Source: Catajapyx aquilonaris (Eukaryota). From it: DNA of 45,557 nt. Where the stretch lies: positions 1 through 45,557 of the forward strand of contig JYFJ02003165.1 in the NCBI GenBank assembly GCA_000934665.2, in the 5' to 3' direction. The notes under the pieces were generated by a model that saw only the letters and a list, made by a program, of their open reading frames with translations, was not told the DNA's origin and did not search any database. The position numbers were made by a program, and so were the translations under genes. This document shows positions 9,992 through 22,900 of the stretch, piece after piece (the stretch's first letter is position 1; each line of letters begins with the position of its first letter).

Positions 9992-12900
9992 TTTCCTGCC
10001 ATATAATATCTCTATTGTCTTTTAATTTAGTGCATATAAGCTCAGGCAACTAACGCCACGAGGAATACAAACCCTGCCAATATTAGCATAACAATGACGT
10101 CCACCATCAGGCAACAAACCGGGTCAGGGAATCAAGCAACACACGTGTAATCTCTCCGGCAGCAATTATTGCAATTTCTGCCCTACGGACACAGAGGGGT
10201 TGCTGCTGGGGCTGTGCGTCCCATTGACTGGCAGTTAAACATCAGTGGGACATTGTGTCGACAAAAGGTTGGAACTACACAACAGGAGCTCTATTTCCGA
10301 CTCTGTCTGAGCTGGAGGTAGACTGGGGGGTGTGTATGTAACTCTGTGTGCTTTTAGGTAACTAAAGCGAACGGAGTTTCCCCCGATGCAGCATCTCGTA
10401 TTGATTCTGGACCAGCCCGGCGCCAACCACCCTCCCCCGAAAATACCATCAGTTGGCGACTCAGGCCTTCGACACCGGGGCATAGCCCACTTCCTCCAAA
10501 CACCCCCTCTAAAAACATACCCCACAAACTTATCCATAGTGTAAAAAAAAAGAAAAAAGTGCAGGTCCAGTTGACATCGCAGGGACATACTCATCCTGAG
10601 AGGTAGGCAACCCAACTCTCACTTAAGTGTGACCTACTGTCGGCCTATTATATTTGGGGAAGCCTGCAGGAGGCCTATTGTGAGCCTGCTGGGTAGATCA
10701 ATAGGCACTGTTGTGTAATGCGAGATGGCATCAATGGGACGGGGCTCTATGAAAAGATGTGAATGACCTAGTATATGTGATACTGGGGATTGTAACTCCA
10801 TATGTCCGACACTGGTGTTATTTTACAGCATTTGCACTGTGTAATTATCCTGTTTGTATACATTAGATGTACACCATGTGTATAAAATGTTCTGTCCGGT
10901 TATCAGAAAACAGATCAGTAGGCAACATATTTCCTTGTTGGTGTACCCTGTACCCGATATGTTTACTTTTATTACTGTACACTCCTTGCACGCTTTCTCC
11001 CGTACAAATGAAGCCCGATTCTTTCATTCATTAGGAAGTGAAAATAATGGATTGGTAATAATGCGTATCACACCATATAAAGTTTTATTGCCAACTAGAT
11101 CTAGCCAATAAACCAAGTGGCAGTAGCAATCGTGTAAAAAGTAAGGCAGCAGCAGCCATCGACTTCTGCTTTATTGACCTATTCATTGCATAAATTATGT
11201 TTGGATTTTTTTTTTCATATAGGAATTATAGGCAGCCATTTCCCCCCCTCTAGCTTCCCTCCCCTCCCATGTTTTCCGGTTGCCCAGATCCGGAGTATAT
11301 AACTGAACCGATGGAAGCGTCGGGTGCGTTGTCCTGCAATATATAGTCCATCTCGGTGGTACAAACTGTACTTTTAATCTGCATCCAAAATCACCTAATT
11401 GTTCTTAGTCATAAAAGTGGACACCATTTTTCATTATAATATGCAGTGACTATCAAAAAATATTATCTGCTAATATGAAGAATTTTAAGTGCAAAAATTA
11501 ATGCAATGGTTTAGGGCACTTGTCACTTGGCGTGATTATAATTAAGCGGGAAATTAATACTGGATTTGAGTGTGTTTGGCGCTGTTGGTGTCAGTGACAG
11601 AATAATTATGACATACAGTACACCTCGATGGGTATGAGCACTGGTTACTGTACAGGCCGACTGTCAGTGTACTGTCATGAAATGCAATGTTATTATTTAT
11701 GTTCCGGATTGTAATTTATACCTGCAGGATTGCAGTGGCTGGCTCCCTCAAAATCAACCCCGTTTGCAAAACAGTGAAAACATCATGATTATGATCCAGA
11801 TCGAAAATGAAGTATATCGAACACAAATAAGCACTCAGCTTTGGATATATGAGCAATTTGGCATGCCCGCAAGGTTGTTTGCTGTGCCAAATTTCGCTCA
11901 TCACCCGTGTTGAAAAGTGAACTTGACACTTCATGTTACTGAATCCGACGCACAGTAAGGAAGAGACCACACGTAATAAATAAAATTATTGACCGAATAA
12001 GTAAGTTGCTAAAAATAGTAGTGCGGTCATAGTGAAGCCAAAAACGAGAAAAAAAAATCATCAGCATTTCTTTGGAAAGGCTGTTATTTTAAGTACAGAG
12101 AGCAGAAAGGAAATAAATTTCATTGAGTAGAAAATATCAAAAATTATTTAGACACTATAGCAGCCTATTGTAATTAATATAAAGTTATATGCCTATAAAT
12201 AACGTTTCTCATTTGATGTGATTCTGGATAGTAATATGAAACTGTGAAATTGGCGAACAGCTTGCTGCATGATGGCCATAATAATATTCCAAATATGTCG
12301 AACATAATAAACGTTTTAATGCATAATTATTGCCTGGGCTAATGAGGATCGCAATCAGGATCGATCGCTTTTGAGCCCCAGTATCTTTAGGTTCCTTATA
12401 CAGATTTTTTTTTTTAATTAGTCACCTTGTGCAAGTTACGTGCCGGTACAGAGCTGGAACCGCCCATACCATGAACAATGAAATTTCGGTTCATTTGGGC
12501 ACGTCAGGGGGGGCGGGGGGGAAAGGAGAGTGCACTTCCGGGCTTCTGCATCAAAACGGGTCAGAAAATGTCATGTTCATTCACGGTCTTGACACATTTG
12601 CGTAATGGAGTAAGCAAAGTGCTAGGGAGGATGTCATGAGTCATAAGTCGCGACATAATGTGTCAACTCGCATATTTTTTGTTGTACAATATTTTCAGCA
12701 GCTGACAATATTGCTTAACGTAATTTTGGGAGAAGCTCTAAATTGCCTAATGAAGTACTATCGGTGCCCAACATCTAGAATCTCACCGTGTAGTTTACCG
12801 AGTTGTTTTACAAGCTCCTCGTGGACTGAGAATCTTCTCACGAATGCTCTTGAGAGAGAGATTCTTCTGGACACAAAAATTAATGTGTTGTTCATAATAA

Positions 12901-15137
12901 TTGACGTCATTTTTTTCTTGCTTTGGCCCACTTTTATGTAATAAGTGTGATGCCACGGTTTCTTCCGGCCATCCTTTCTCTCCATTTTGTTTTTTTTTTT
13001 TTATTATCGAAGTGTTGTAAGCACATTGCTAAATTTTCGTGCACTTGTGCGTTGCTGTCTCAATGTTGGTTGTGCCACATATATTTTGCTGTATGACTAT
13101 TTTATGTCTCCCCATTGCAATAATGTGCTTTATTGAGTAAATACACGCTGCGGTGGGTTCAATAATGTGTATAATGCTAACATATTCAGCCCATAATAAT
13201 AGTGGGAAAAAGATGTAAATATTATTGATCGATTTTTATTGTTTGAAATTGGGTAGTTTATTTGTAATTTATTTACAACACTAACCATGCCAACTATCAT
13301 AATAGGCCATCATTGTGTTTCGCGTTCCAACGTTCAATGGGTATCAGTGGGCAAGTGTGTGCAAGCACTTTTGGACCAATAAACTGCAATCAATGAATCA
13401 GTCGGGGGTCCTATAATAGTACTTCAAGCAGCATTGTGTTGGAAAAACCTGATTTTGCCTTAGTAAGCTGCAACGTTATCTCATTTCCACTCGGATTTTC
13501 TTTAAAAGGGCTTTTTGCCCTATTTAAAGTGCATTTATGCCTGGTTGTGGCCGGTCCTTTGTTGCTATCAGGTGAAGACCAGTAGTAGCCAAGGTCCCTC
13601 TTTTACTTCCAAATTAGAACAAGCACATGGGGGCGGGGTTGGGGGGACGTCAAAATGCAGATCCGGAATCCCCTGTAGCTTACAAAATCCAGTTTTCAAG
13701 GCCAGAAAGAGACGCCAGGAAGGATGTGAAGGAAGTGAACCTTTAAAATATGCTTATTACTTTTGGTAATTTCTACTGTAAGTTATATCGTCATTTTAGT
13801 ACTAACTTGCAGCATCAATCATCTGGCCAGATATGACATAATAATTATTCTAAAATATAAAAATATATGGAAGTAGCCAGGTGGTCTAGCTGAGTCAAAG
13901 TGCCAGAAGGGGTGGTGAAATAATTCCTTTGTAGACAAGGAATGTCGAATGTGTCTCAAGGTCGAGTGTGAGTCTCAAAATGGTCTATATATACACTTAT
14001 CAGGGCTTCCTGAAACAGGTTAAGCTCACGCCTGAAGTGGGTCTTGAAATATTTGGGGCGATTGTGCAAAGTATTTTTGGAGCAGACATTTTGGACAGTG
14101 CTGAGTTGAAGGTGAGCAGGAAATCCTCTTTTTGTTCCTGGTGAATATATGAGCGCTGGACATTTCTGGTAGAAATTTCACAATGCCTTCCTGGCACAAG
14201 AAAAAAAAATGCATATTCATATGGCATTAATATAAGATCTGAAAAATATTTAAATGGGGTTACGTGAAAGAAGGAGGAAAAGTTCTGCACAAAGTTTAAT
14301 TTAAAATTTTAAAATTATTTCATTCCGTATACTGCCAGCCGTGTAGATTTAAGATAATTATTGGTTATTAAAAACGATCGTGAATTTGCCAAGAAAAATC
14401 AAATTTCAAAAATTTTAAATCACATACATCGAGAACATTTCCCCTGCCATATTATAAAATTTACATCTATTGCTGTTGTTGGATACGACCAATACCACAT
14501 TGTATAAAGCAATGTGTTCTCAAATTCCAAACTAATTTAAGCTTGTAAATACCCAACGGTTATTGAAAATATCCCAAAGGTAACTGCGGCTCAATATATT
14601 ATAAACTTATGCTAATTATTCGGAATGTCTTACAAAATATTCGTGAATAATTTATTGGACGGCGTATTAACGCAACCTTATTTTTTTATAACACGCAATA
14701 AAAAGGCCAGCGCGTAGAAGATAATCAGGTGAAATAATTGGATCGCAGTTGTAAGAACGTGGAATAATTAGTACGACTTCAAGGAAATTTCCCGTATCAC
14801 CTGCTCTCCACACAACCATAATTTTGTGAATGACCTAATGAATACAGTTTTCTGATTATATGGACTTTGACCTCTATCAGGAAACGGAACCACCATAATC
14901 AGTATATGACGTCAAGCACGTGCATAACCCATTTTTTTATTGCCATATTCATTCCCTCCCCCTCCCCCCCCCTTCAAATTCGATGCATTCAATCCGTTGC
15001 AGAAAATGGATGGAAAGGCGGAAATTGTCCATACCTGTCAATAAAACTTTCCCTATCAATTCGACGACCTATAAGGACCAATACGCACATTTTTCTGGTA
15101 GTACTCTTTCTTCACATTTTTCATATGTTTCATATTA

Positions 15138-15245
15138 CAATTGAATCCGGCTATAACAGACTCGAAAGGCCGGCCTGGCGATTATATGGTTTGTGTATTC
15201 GGCTATAAGAGGCTGATCCCTCGAAGTCTGTTATATCCGGACTCA
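15138..15245. mobile_element. Short pogo/Tc1-like MITE remnant related to 4735-4791
   Basis: TA-CAATTGAATCCGGCTATAACAGACT ... AGTCTGTTATATCCGGACTCA, 21-bp inverted match with 2 mismatches; right terminus degraded. Confidence 0.5.
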
Positions 15246-15461
15246 CAAGCTGACAGAAGAGTATGATAATGATGTTGTCAGCAACTTCGAAGGTTTTTGA
15301 CTACCAGGCTGTTCCGGGATTTTCAGGCGCAGCTCCCATCTTCAGCAACCCCCAGCATCTCTTGTACTGCAACAAGCAAAAGTGCAAAACTGCAAAGTGC
15401 AATCATCGAGTGCTAGTTTGTTCTTCGCGTCGCGAGGGGGACTTGGCTTCTCCCAACGAAG

Positions 15462-15868
15462 TCAGTCGCGATCGAGCCGCCGACCAAGCAGGACGTACCA
15501 CTTCTCGACTCTTCAACAGTGCGTGTGTGTGTGTTGGGTATCCCCCCCACAGGAGCCTGCTATAGGGAAAGGGTGCGTGCAGGGCTTTTGCAGGGGCTGC
15601 GCATCATCCGGATACTTGCAGAGGAGTAGCGCCGGCTCAGATTTTGTGACACGCCCAGAGGGGAACGGCCTGGGTGTGGTGCTGGGAGCCAGGATTTTTT
15701 GACAAGGGGCAAGGACCGGATCCTGTCTTCTTTTTCTTTTTAACTCGACTTCTTCCCCCCCATCTCCAACACCTCGAGACTTTGCTCAGTGCTATCCTTA
15801 TTGGAGTGTGAATCCAACCCACCCTGAAGCTGAGGACACTGCTCCTGAGAAGATCCCACACGATTTTG
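15462..15868 (+). other. Candidate promoter and non-coding first exon of a long plus-strand gene
   Basis: CpG/GC-rich patch, initiator-like TCAGTC at 15462, consensus donor TG|GTAAGT at 15869; no convincing ORF. Confidence 0.45.
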
Positions 15869-18800
15869 GTAAGTACATTATGACACACTCCCGTCAGTTT
15901 TAAAAAAATATGTAAGATATATTTATAATATTAAAAAAGTGCAAATTCGGTTGATCTGTTGAGGACAGATTGTTTGGAAGTTATTAGGGTGCGGAAATGG
16001 GTCGTTTGGGGTGGCTGTGGGACGTGATGAGCTGGGATCTGATCACTTTCACTGCATTTTAATGATTAGGACCAGTTTTTTTTTAAAGTTTTGGGAGGCG
16101 GCTGCTTTTTTTTTATTGGGTGTTTTGACTGACAGGTTGGGGATGAAATGGGGGGTTAAGCCGGAATCCTTTTGTGACTTTATGGAGGGGGCGATATGCC
16201 GAACTGTGATGACCCTCTTAATAATGTTGGTGCCACTGATTCAAGCAGCTGTAATTGATGATTAATAAATTGTTTTAACTGTTCTAATGCTCAAGTTGTG
16301 CACTGTGGTGAAAGCATATAGTTGGGCTGGGCAGAAGTGCGTCACTATTGACATTCCTGTCGCTTAATGCATTTCGGGATAAAATAGCATAGATAAACGG
16401 GGCCGCCTTTGATGGATTATATTGCGGGACATGTTTTTCAAAAAAAATAAAAAATCAATGCGGCCGGGGTGTATTGGTTGATTAGAATCTCTTCAAAAAG
16501 CGCAAGTGGTACAGGATAATTCTAGCGGGATAATTGTAGCATTTGATCCGTCTCTCGTGATGAAATATACCTTTTTTTTGCACACGTGTAAGCAGTGAAT
16601 GTGCTGATAACGAATATATTATATGGTCAATTTAACACATGCAGAAAGTATGTAATATGCAGAAAGCTCGTGTTAGCTTATAGGGGGACGGCATACATTT
16701 TTTTTTTTTCATCTGCTATGAATAATGCAAATTTCCCGAGTTTTCAGCTTCACTCGCTTTTTCTCAGCATTAAAACGTTCCTCCCTCTATTAAACATGCA
16801 CATATGCATTATGTTTTTTTTAAAGTAGGGGGGGCCATGTAAAATTCGCTGATGAGGTACATAACTGCTACAACTGTATGAATGCCGTTAAGGACACAAC
16901 AGATGGTGTTTGGTAGACGCTCGACAACAAGTGATACAAAACATGCCTCACTCGATAATGAGGACAGTGTGCGCTTATTAATTATTAGCCAATTATTACA
17001 AAGCGTTAAAATAATTAGACACATCATCTGTGAATGTTGCTGATGTATATGTTCGTCTCATTAGTTGTTTTTTTTTCGCTGACAAAACCATGCACACGAA
17101 CACGAGCTGCGTGACATCTCCGCTCAATAACAGTGCAGTGTTGTAAAACTGCGTAACAAAGTAGGCCTACCGCAGTCATTAAGTTATGCTGATGAGTTTT
17201 ATGGTTAGCCTCAACCGCAGGACTGGGGGCATTGTACACAGGATGTGAGGCAATCAGATATTTAGAATAACCCACTCAAGATTAATAAAAAGAGTGACAA
17301 TTTATCAAGTCGCGACCAGGGGGGTTACGCCCTGTTGTCATTCTGGTCGTATCTCACGGTCATTTAATTAATTACATTATGCTATAAAAATAATTTTTAC
17401 TGCATCAACAATGGATGTGACAAATTGCAGAAGTTTGAACCTGCAAGGAATGCAAACTAATTTGGGTTTGTGACTCACATTCGACATCATGCTTTGCCAA
17501 TTTGATAGGCTGAGGAAATGAACTCTGTAGAATGATGCCTGTGGGTGATGCAGGTGCAGGTCTTAAGATGAATCACGCCCCTCGATTCCTATCTATAATA
17601 CTTGCACCCAATTGAAACGGGGCGGGGGGGATTTCTTATAGTACAAAAAAGTCTCGAAAAAAAGGTGTAGTTACTGCGAATTGTTCATTTTCATGCGCAC
17701 GTCGCTTCAGAGAATTGCTGTGAGGTGACTAGAAAAGGGTTGGTACATTTGGCAGTTTGATCACAGTATCTAACCAAGCAGTGACCAGTAATAACTATAC
17801 CTGATGTGCAAGGTGGAAAAAAATATTAAATTACAGGTTTACACAGATGCGCAGAATTCAGCCTTCACCCATAACCACTGACATTTTTAAAATGACACTA
17901 ACGGGGTTAATGCCAGTTGGTTTTTAAAAATCCGGTCACATTCATGTGAGTGATGTCATGGAGCGAGAAAGTGCTCATAAACTCAATATGGCTAATTATT
18001 GCCACCAGCTGGTGATGTAATTTGTTATCCCCGCACCAGAGTATTCACCTTGAAAAGGGCTTGGGAGGAAAGGCATACTTCGTGCAGTGTACTGTCCAAA
18101 TAGTTCAAAATAGTGGCCGTTGTAGGTAACAATTATGAATATTGTATCGTGTAATTTTTTGGCCATTTTATTGCATATTCATATATGGTTACAGACGTAA
18201 TTATAAGGAAACAATAATATATCACATGATGGGGGCACACCTGTGTAAATGGAATGTAGTTCTTTCTCCATAAGGAATCCCGCCATCATTTGGATTCGAG
18301 GTGGAAAAAAATTGTATTCGGTGACATTCAATTAATTTTTTGGCGAACCCGCAGTGAAGGCTCCTACATGGTAGGTCCCAAGGATTGTGAGGAGAAATGT
18401 TAAAAAGGCCGCTGCTTCAAGGACCCCTCAGTCCAGCACTTGAAACCTTCCAAGGCATTAGTCACGCCAACCTGGTTATCACCTTGCCCTGTACGCCGCC
18501 TCGATTTTGTTTTCATTTGGACCTGGCAATAAAAGCTCAGATTCAATTAGCCTCAAAATTTCATTACAAAATGGTCTTAGCAGCTAATGTGCACTTAGGT
18601 GTGTAAGTTATATGTTTTTTTTTAATATTTTCATTTGAATACTAATGCCGTCTAAGTAAATAAACAGGCAAAGTACGAATCATGCTGGTTTCAAAATGTA
18701 ATCAGGTCAAGCATTTTGGCGTGGTTTGATTTCGCCCACGCCAACACCCTTTCTAGTCGAGGAGGCGAAAAATCCTAGTGAATATTTTGTCACTCTCACT

Positions 18801-19301
18801 TGTTACGTGACCACAGGGGCAGCAATTTAAATCCAACCCAAACAAAACTGGTGTTGCTGACCTAGGTCCAATCGAAAAACATCCCAATAAATTAAGTTCT
18901 CAGCTCGTATTTTTTATGGGTCGTGTGAGGTTCAAAAGGTGCGGTCAGAGGTGACTCCTTTTGGGCAGTTCGAACGTGACCAGTAAAAATGTGTGGATTT
19001 CCAGCTGGGTAAGCAGCTATTTTCTTTTTTTTTTTTTTTTTACTTCTTCCACCTTCTGATGCCGGCAGATTTATGTGTAAAGCATGAGGCTGCCCCACAC
19101 GATCTGTGCACCTCCTCTCCGATTAGAATCGGCAAACGGTTTTCAGGGCGATTGGTACCTGATGGCTTCTGCCACGTGACTTAACGGGCCAATATGGCCC
19201 CGGAAATGACTGCTTATCCCGCGTGACATAACCCCGAGCGGATTTACCCTGCATTGTACGCCATTACCCCAAGATGTTTGCCCAAATAATCGAAATGGTC
19301 A

Positions 19302-19973
19302 GAAAAAATAGCAAATTGCGCTCGCTGCGGCTCAAAATAGCATATCGTTATCGCTGCGACTTGAAATAGCATTTTGTGATCGCTGCTATTTTACACATCG
19401 CGTCGCCGCTACCTAAATAGCAAATTGAGCTCAAAATAGCGTATTTGGTCGCTGCTACTTGAAACATCATTTTGTGATTTCTGCTATCTAAATCACAGCC
19501 ATTGTTGCTGCTACTTAAAATAGCATATTGCGCTCGCTGCGGCTTAAAATAGCGTATTTGGTCACCGCTACTTAGAATAGCATTTTGTGATAGCAGCTAT
19601 TCTTGAAAATGACAGCTATTGTCGCTGCTACTTCAAATAGCGCCGTGTGGTCGCTGCTACTCACGAGTTACTCGTAAATAGCAAATTGTACTCGCTGATA
19701 TTTTTCAAAAATCACAGCCGTTGTTGCTGCTACTTAAAATAGCATATTGCGCTCGCTGCTACTTGGAGTAGTATTTTGCAATCGCAGCTATTTTTAAAAA
19801 TCGCAGCTATTGTCGCTGCTACTTGAAATAGCGCATTGTGGTCGCTGCTACTCATTTAAATAGCAAATTGCTCTCGCTGATATTTTTCAAAAATCGCAGT
19901 CTATTCCTGCTTAAAATAGCATATTGCGCTCGCTGCGTCTTAAAATAGCGTTTTGTGATCGCTGCTATTTTTC
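19302..19973. repeat. Minisatellite of about 22 diverged 29-bp self-complementary units (AAATAGC-N-GCTGCTACTT)
   Basis: Units such as aaatagcatattgcgctcgctgctacttg; array starts gaaaaaatagc and ends gctatttttc. Confidence 0.9.
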
Positions 19974-22900
19974 GCATATTCCCCGTAATCTGCTCCGTTG
20001 TCTCGCAAAATTGTCACGTCCGCGATGAGCTGGAAAGTGGAATGATATGCGGATAGATAGATTAGGTTGCTCGGCCTGTCCTTGGCCAGGCCCCGATCTT
20101 GGGACGCGGTTTTCCAGTCTTCTCATGGCAGGCAATGAAAGTGGATCCCCCACTCCCAATGATGCGGATTAACTGGTTTTTTAAGATGTTATTTTTCTTT
20201 TTTGGCGTGGTCTTTTTTTTTCTGATCGCGTGCGTGGCTCCCGACTGGTTATGGTCATGGATTTGGGCCGTGTCACCAGGGCTCCAGGGTGTCATCCTTT
20301 TTTTTTTTCCAGGCCGCACCAAAAGTTTTTGAAATGTGGGTAGGCGGAAACCTGTGTACGACAAGCCATCAAGTGGGCGGGGAAGAATATTTATTCAAGC
20401 TTCCATTACAAAAGTCCAGGAGAACTTCAGAGATTCTAAAGGTGTTTTCTAGTGAACAAAATCGTGCGGATATATTTTTTTTGTGTAGTACAGTACGCCT
20501 AACGGTTCAGGTAAAAGTGTACACAAGTATTAGTCGTCGTCATTTATTTTAGGTGTACATAACACAAGCTCATTAAGTGGCACACCACACACCGTACTTC
20601 ATTTTTTTTTTTTTGTAGGTTCAGGCTCCTCCCTACCGTTGGCAACATTTTAATTAGTGTTCGTGCTGCTCTTATCTCATTTGTTGTTAGGGAGAAAACC
20701 ACTGTCACTTGAGAAGATAAGCTGTTGGCAATTACACCGTGGGAAAAGCCATCTATTCACCTTTTGCTGAAGGATTTCGTTGCAAATTGACACTTCCTAA
20801 GACCCCCGTCAGCAGGTACGCACCTCTTATAATTTATGCTGCTCTTAAGACGAACTGGTTCGGTACCGTTTTTTTTCCAAGTGACATACGGCAGATGCAC
20901 TAACTGTAAGTTGCAACCCGCATTGCAGTTTTTGAACTCCAGCCCAGAACGTGGCGGTAAATCAGTACGAAACTGACATTGCACACTAGTTGATAGGGAT
21001 TTCTGGGACACCCCACAGATCGACCGATTAAGACTGTCACCATTGGTATAAGAAAAAAAAAGGCTTACGAATTTCGAAAGGCAAAATGACTAATGGCTGC
21101 ACGTATACCGGTAAGTAACAATAGGTGAAAATGAAAAATGACTTGCACCTGAAATGTGCGAATCTTGCCTGGAATGTTGGTGCGTTTGGTCAGCGAGGCC
21201 AATGAGCTTCTCTGTCCAGCTTAGCGGTTTTCAAGTCCTTTCTTGCGTGACGTAAACACCTTCGTCCATTTAAACCCCGCCTCATAAACTCGGGCTTCAT
21301 TTTTTTTTGTGTATGTGTGTTCATGGTATACCCCCTCTAGAAGAGGAAGCCAAGCACGAAAACAGCTGCGTTGTTCCCAGTTTGCGGTACACCTGTATAG
21401 TTTGTGTGAATGACTGCCTATAACCTTATGGATTAGCGGAATTTGCAGATGACACCCGGAAAAGATTTGGCACAAAATTAGAAGACGATACGGTTATATG
21501 TACGGTTGCATTGTCCATCTGTTAATTTGAGTCCAATGTTGCACCATTGCAGGTCATTCGAAGTGTGACTGGTCGTGTGTACGACGGGGAATAAATTAGG
21601 TTTTATTACGACGCAGTTGCATTGCGTAACATTGGTCGTTAATTTAGCGGATTACTTGATGGTAATGGGAGCGATGGGAATTAGCCTCAAGGCCAGACAT
21701 GTGTAAGTGCAGGACCGGATGGGAAATGCTTTTTATCAAGACCTAGTGGGTAGCAATAGTATCTATGTGACGTCGAGCATTATCATGTAGTAGGCCACTG
21801 AATGACATTTGGCGCAGACGTCGGCGCATGGGGCTGCGCAGAACGCCTGCGCATGACTTATCCGTAACCTTCTCAAGAAGTGTAGTTTGAATCGCATGTA
21901 AATATAATTTGGGACTGGACCCACCCCTCTAACGTGGGGTCCCAAAGTAATGAAGTCCTTGCCAATGGGCGTCCAGTCGAGTTGGCCGTCAGTTGTCGGA
22001 GGCACGCGGCTTTTGTGATGCAAATCCTTGAATTCCATGGCTGATTAAGTGGCCACGTTGAATATTGAACTGCGCAGGGCCGATCCTCTGTCTACCCACT
22101 CCGAGGACTCACTAATGAATCTCCCTGGTTCATCAAGGGAGCATACCCCCGCCAGAGAGCGGAGTTGATGACTGGGCAAAGAGATGAGGTAGGTAGGTAC
22201 ATCCATCCTTGACCGTGAGTACCTGTCCCTTGCACAGCACCAAGAGTAGTTTCAAGGCTCCTTTTTACTGCCATGAAAATTCTCCCAACCTTTTGGTCGA
22301 GTCAGGCAAACCGCCAAAGTAATTATTCCGCACTCAAGTTCCATTCAAGTTGCGCATACCGTATTTCCTTTTTTGGGACACACCTGCTGCGGCTTCATCT
22401 TTTATTGTTAAAAAATTTGAAATTCCATTAGTCGGTCTCATTGGTTATGACCTTGATATGCCGGCATTATTCAAGACGGTTTTTGCAGGAGAAGGTGGTG
22501 TCAAGGTGAAAATGCCTGCAACGTGTGCATCTGAAGTATTTTTAGGGGAAGTCGTATTGATCACACTAAAGCTTGGGTCGGACACTACATGGCAACGGTA
22601 TATAAAAGGAGCGGTACTTGGCTCTAGGTGATAATGTTGGTCACATAACCTATACAATATTGTGCAGGCCCACGAAAACTTGTAGAAAGCTATATACATG
22701 TAATCAATCTTCTCCATTGAATTCGTGGCCTGGGAGTGACGGAACACGCCGATCAGGATAAACTGGCAGGGTGATGAACTTTTTCGGGTTTTGCTGCTGC
22801 AACATCAGCATCTCATCATCATCTCACATGTCTCTTCCTCGCAGGATACTTTCATCCTTGCCTAACAATACTAGTTTATCAACAACAACAAAAAATTACA

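Noticed and set aside
11288..11323. Small exon candidate with ATG (MEAS, phase 1)
   Set aside because: Weak donor and phase inconsistent with the other candidates; unsupported without transcripts
13876..13910. tRNA/SINE A-box-like gccaggtggtctagctgagtc
   Set aside because: No convincing B-box or cloverleaf
19302..19973. CRISPR-like appearance of the 29-bp array
   Set aside because: Variable parts are short, related to each other and recur; no unique spacers, no cas genes, eukaryotic context
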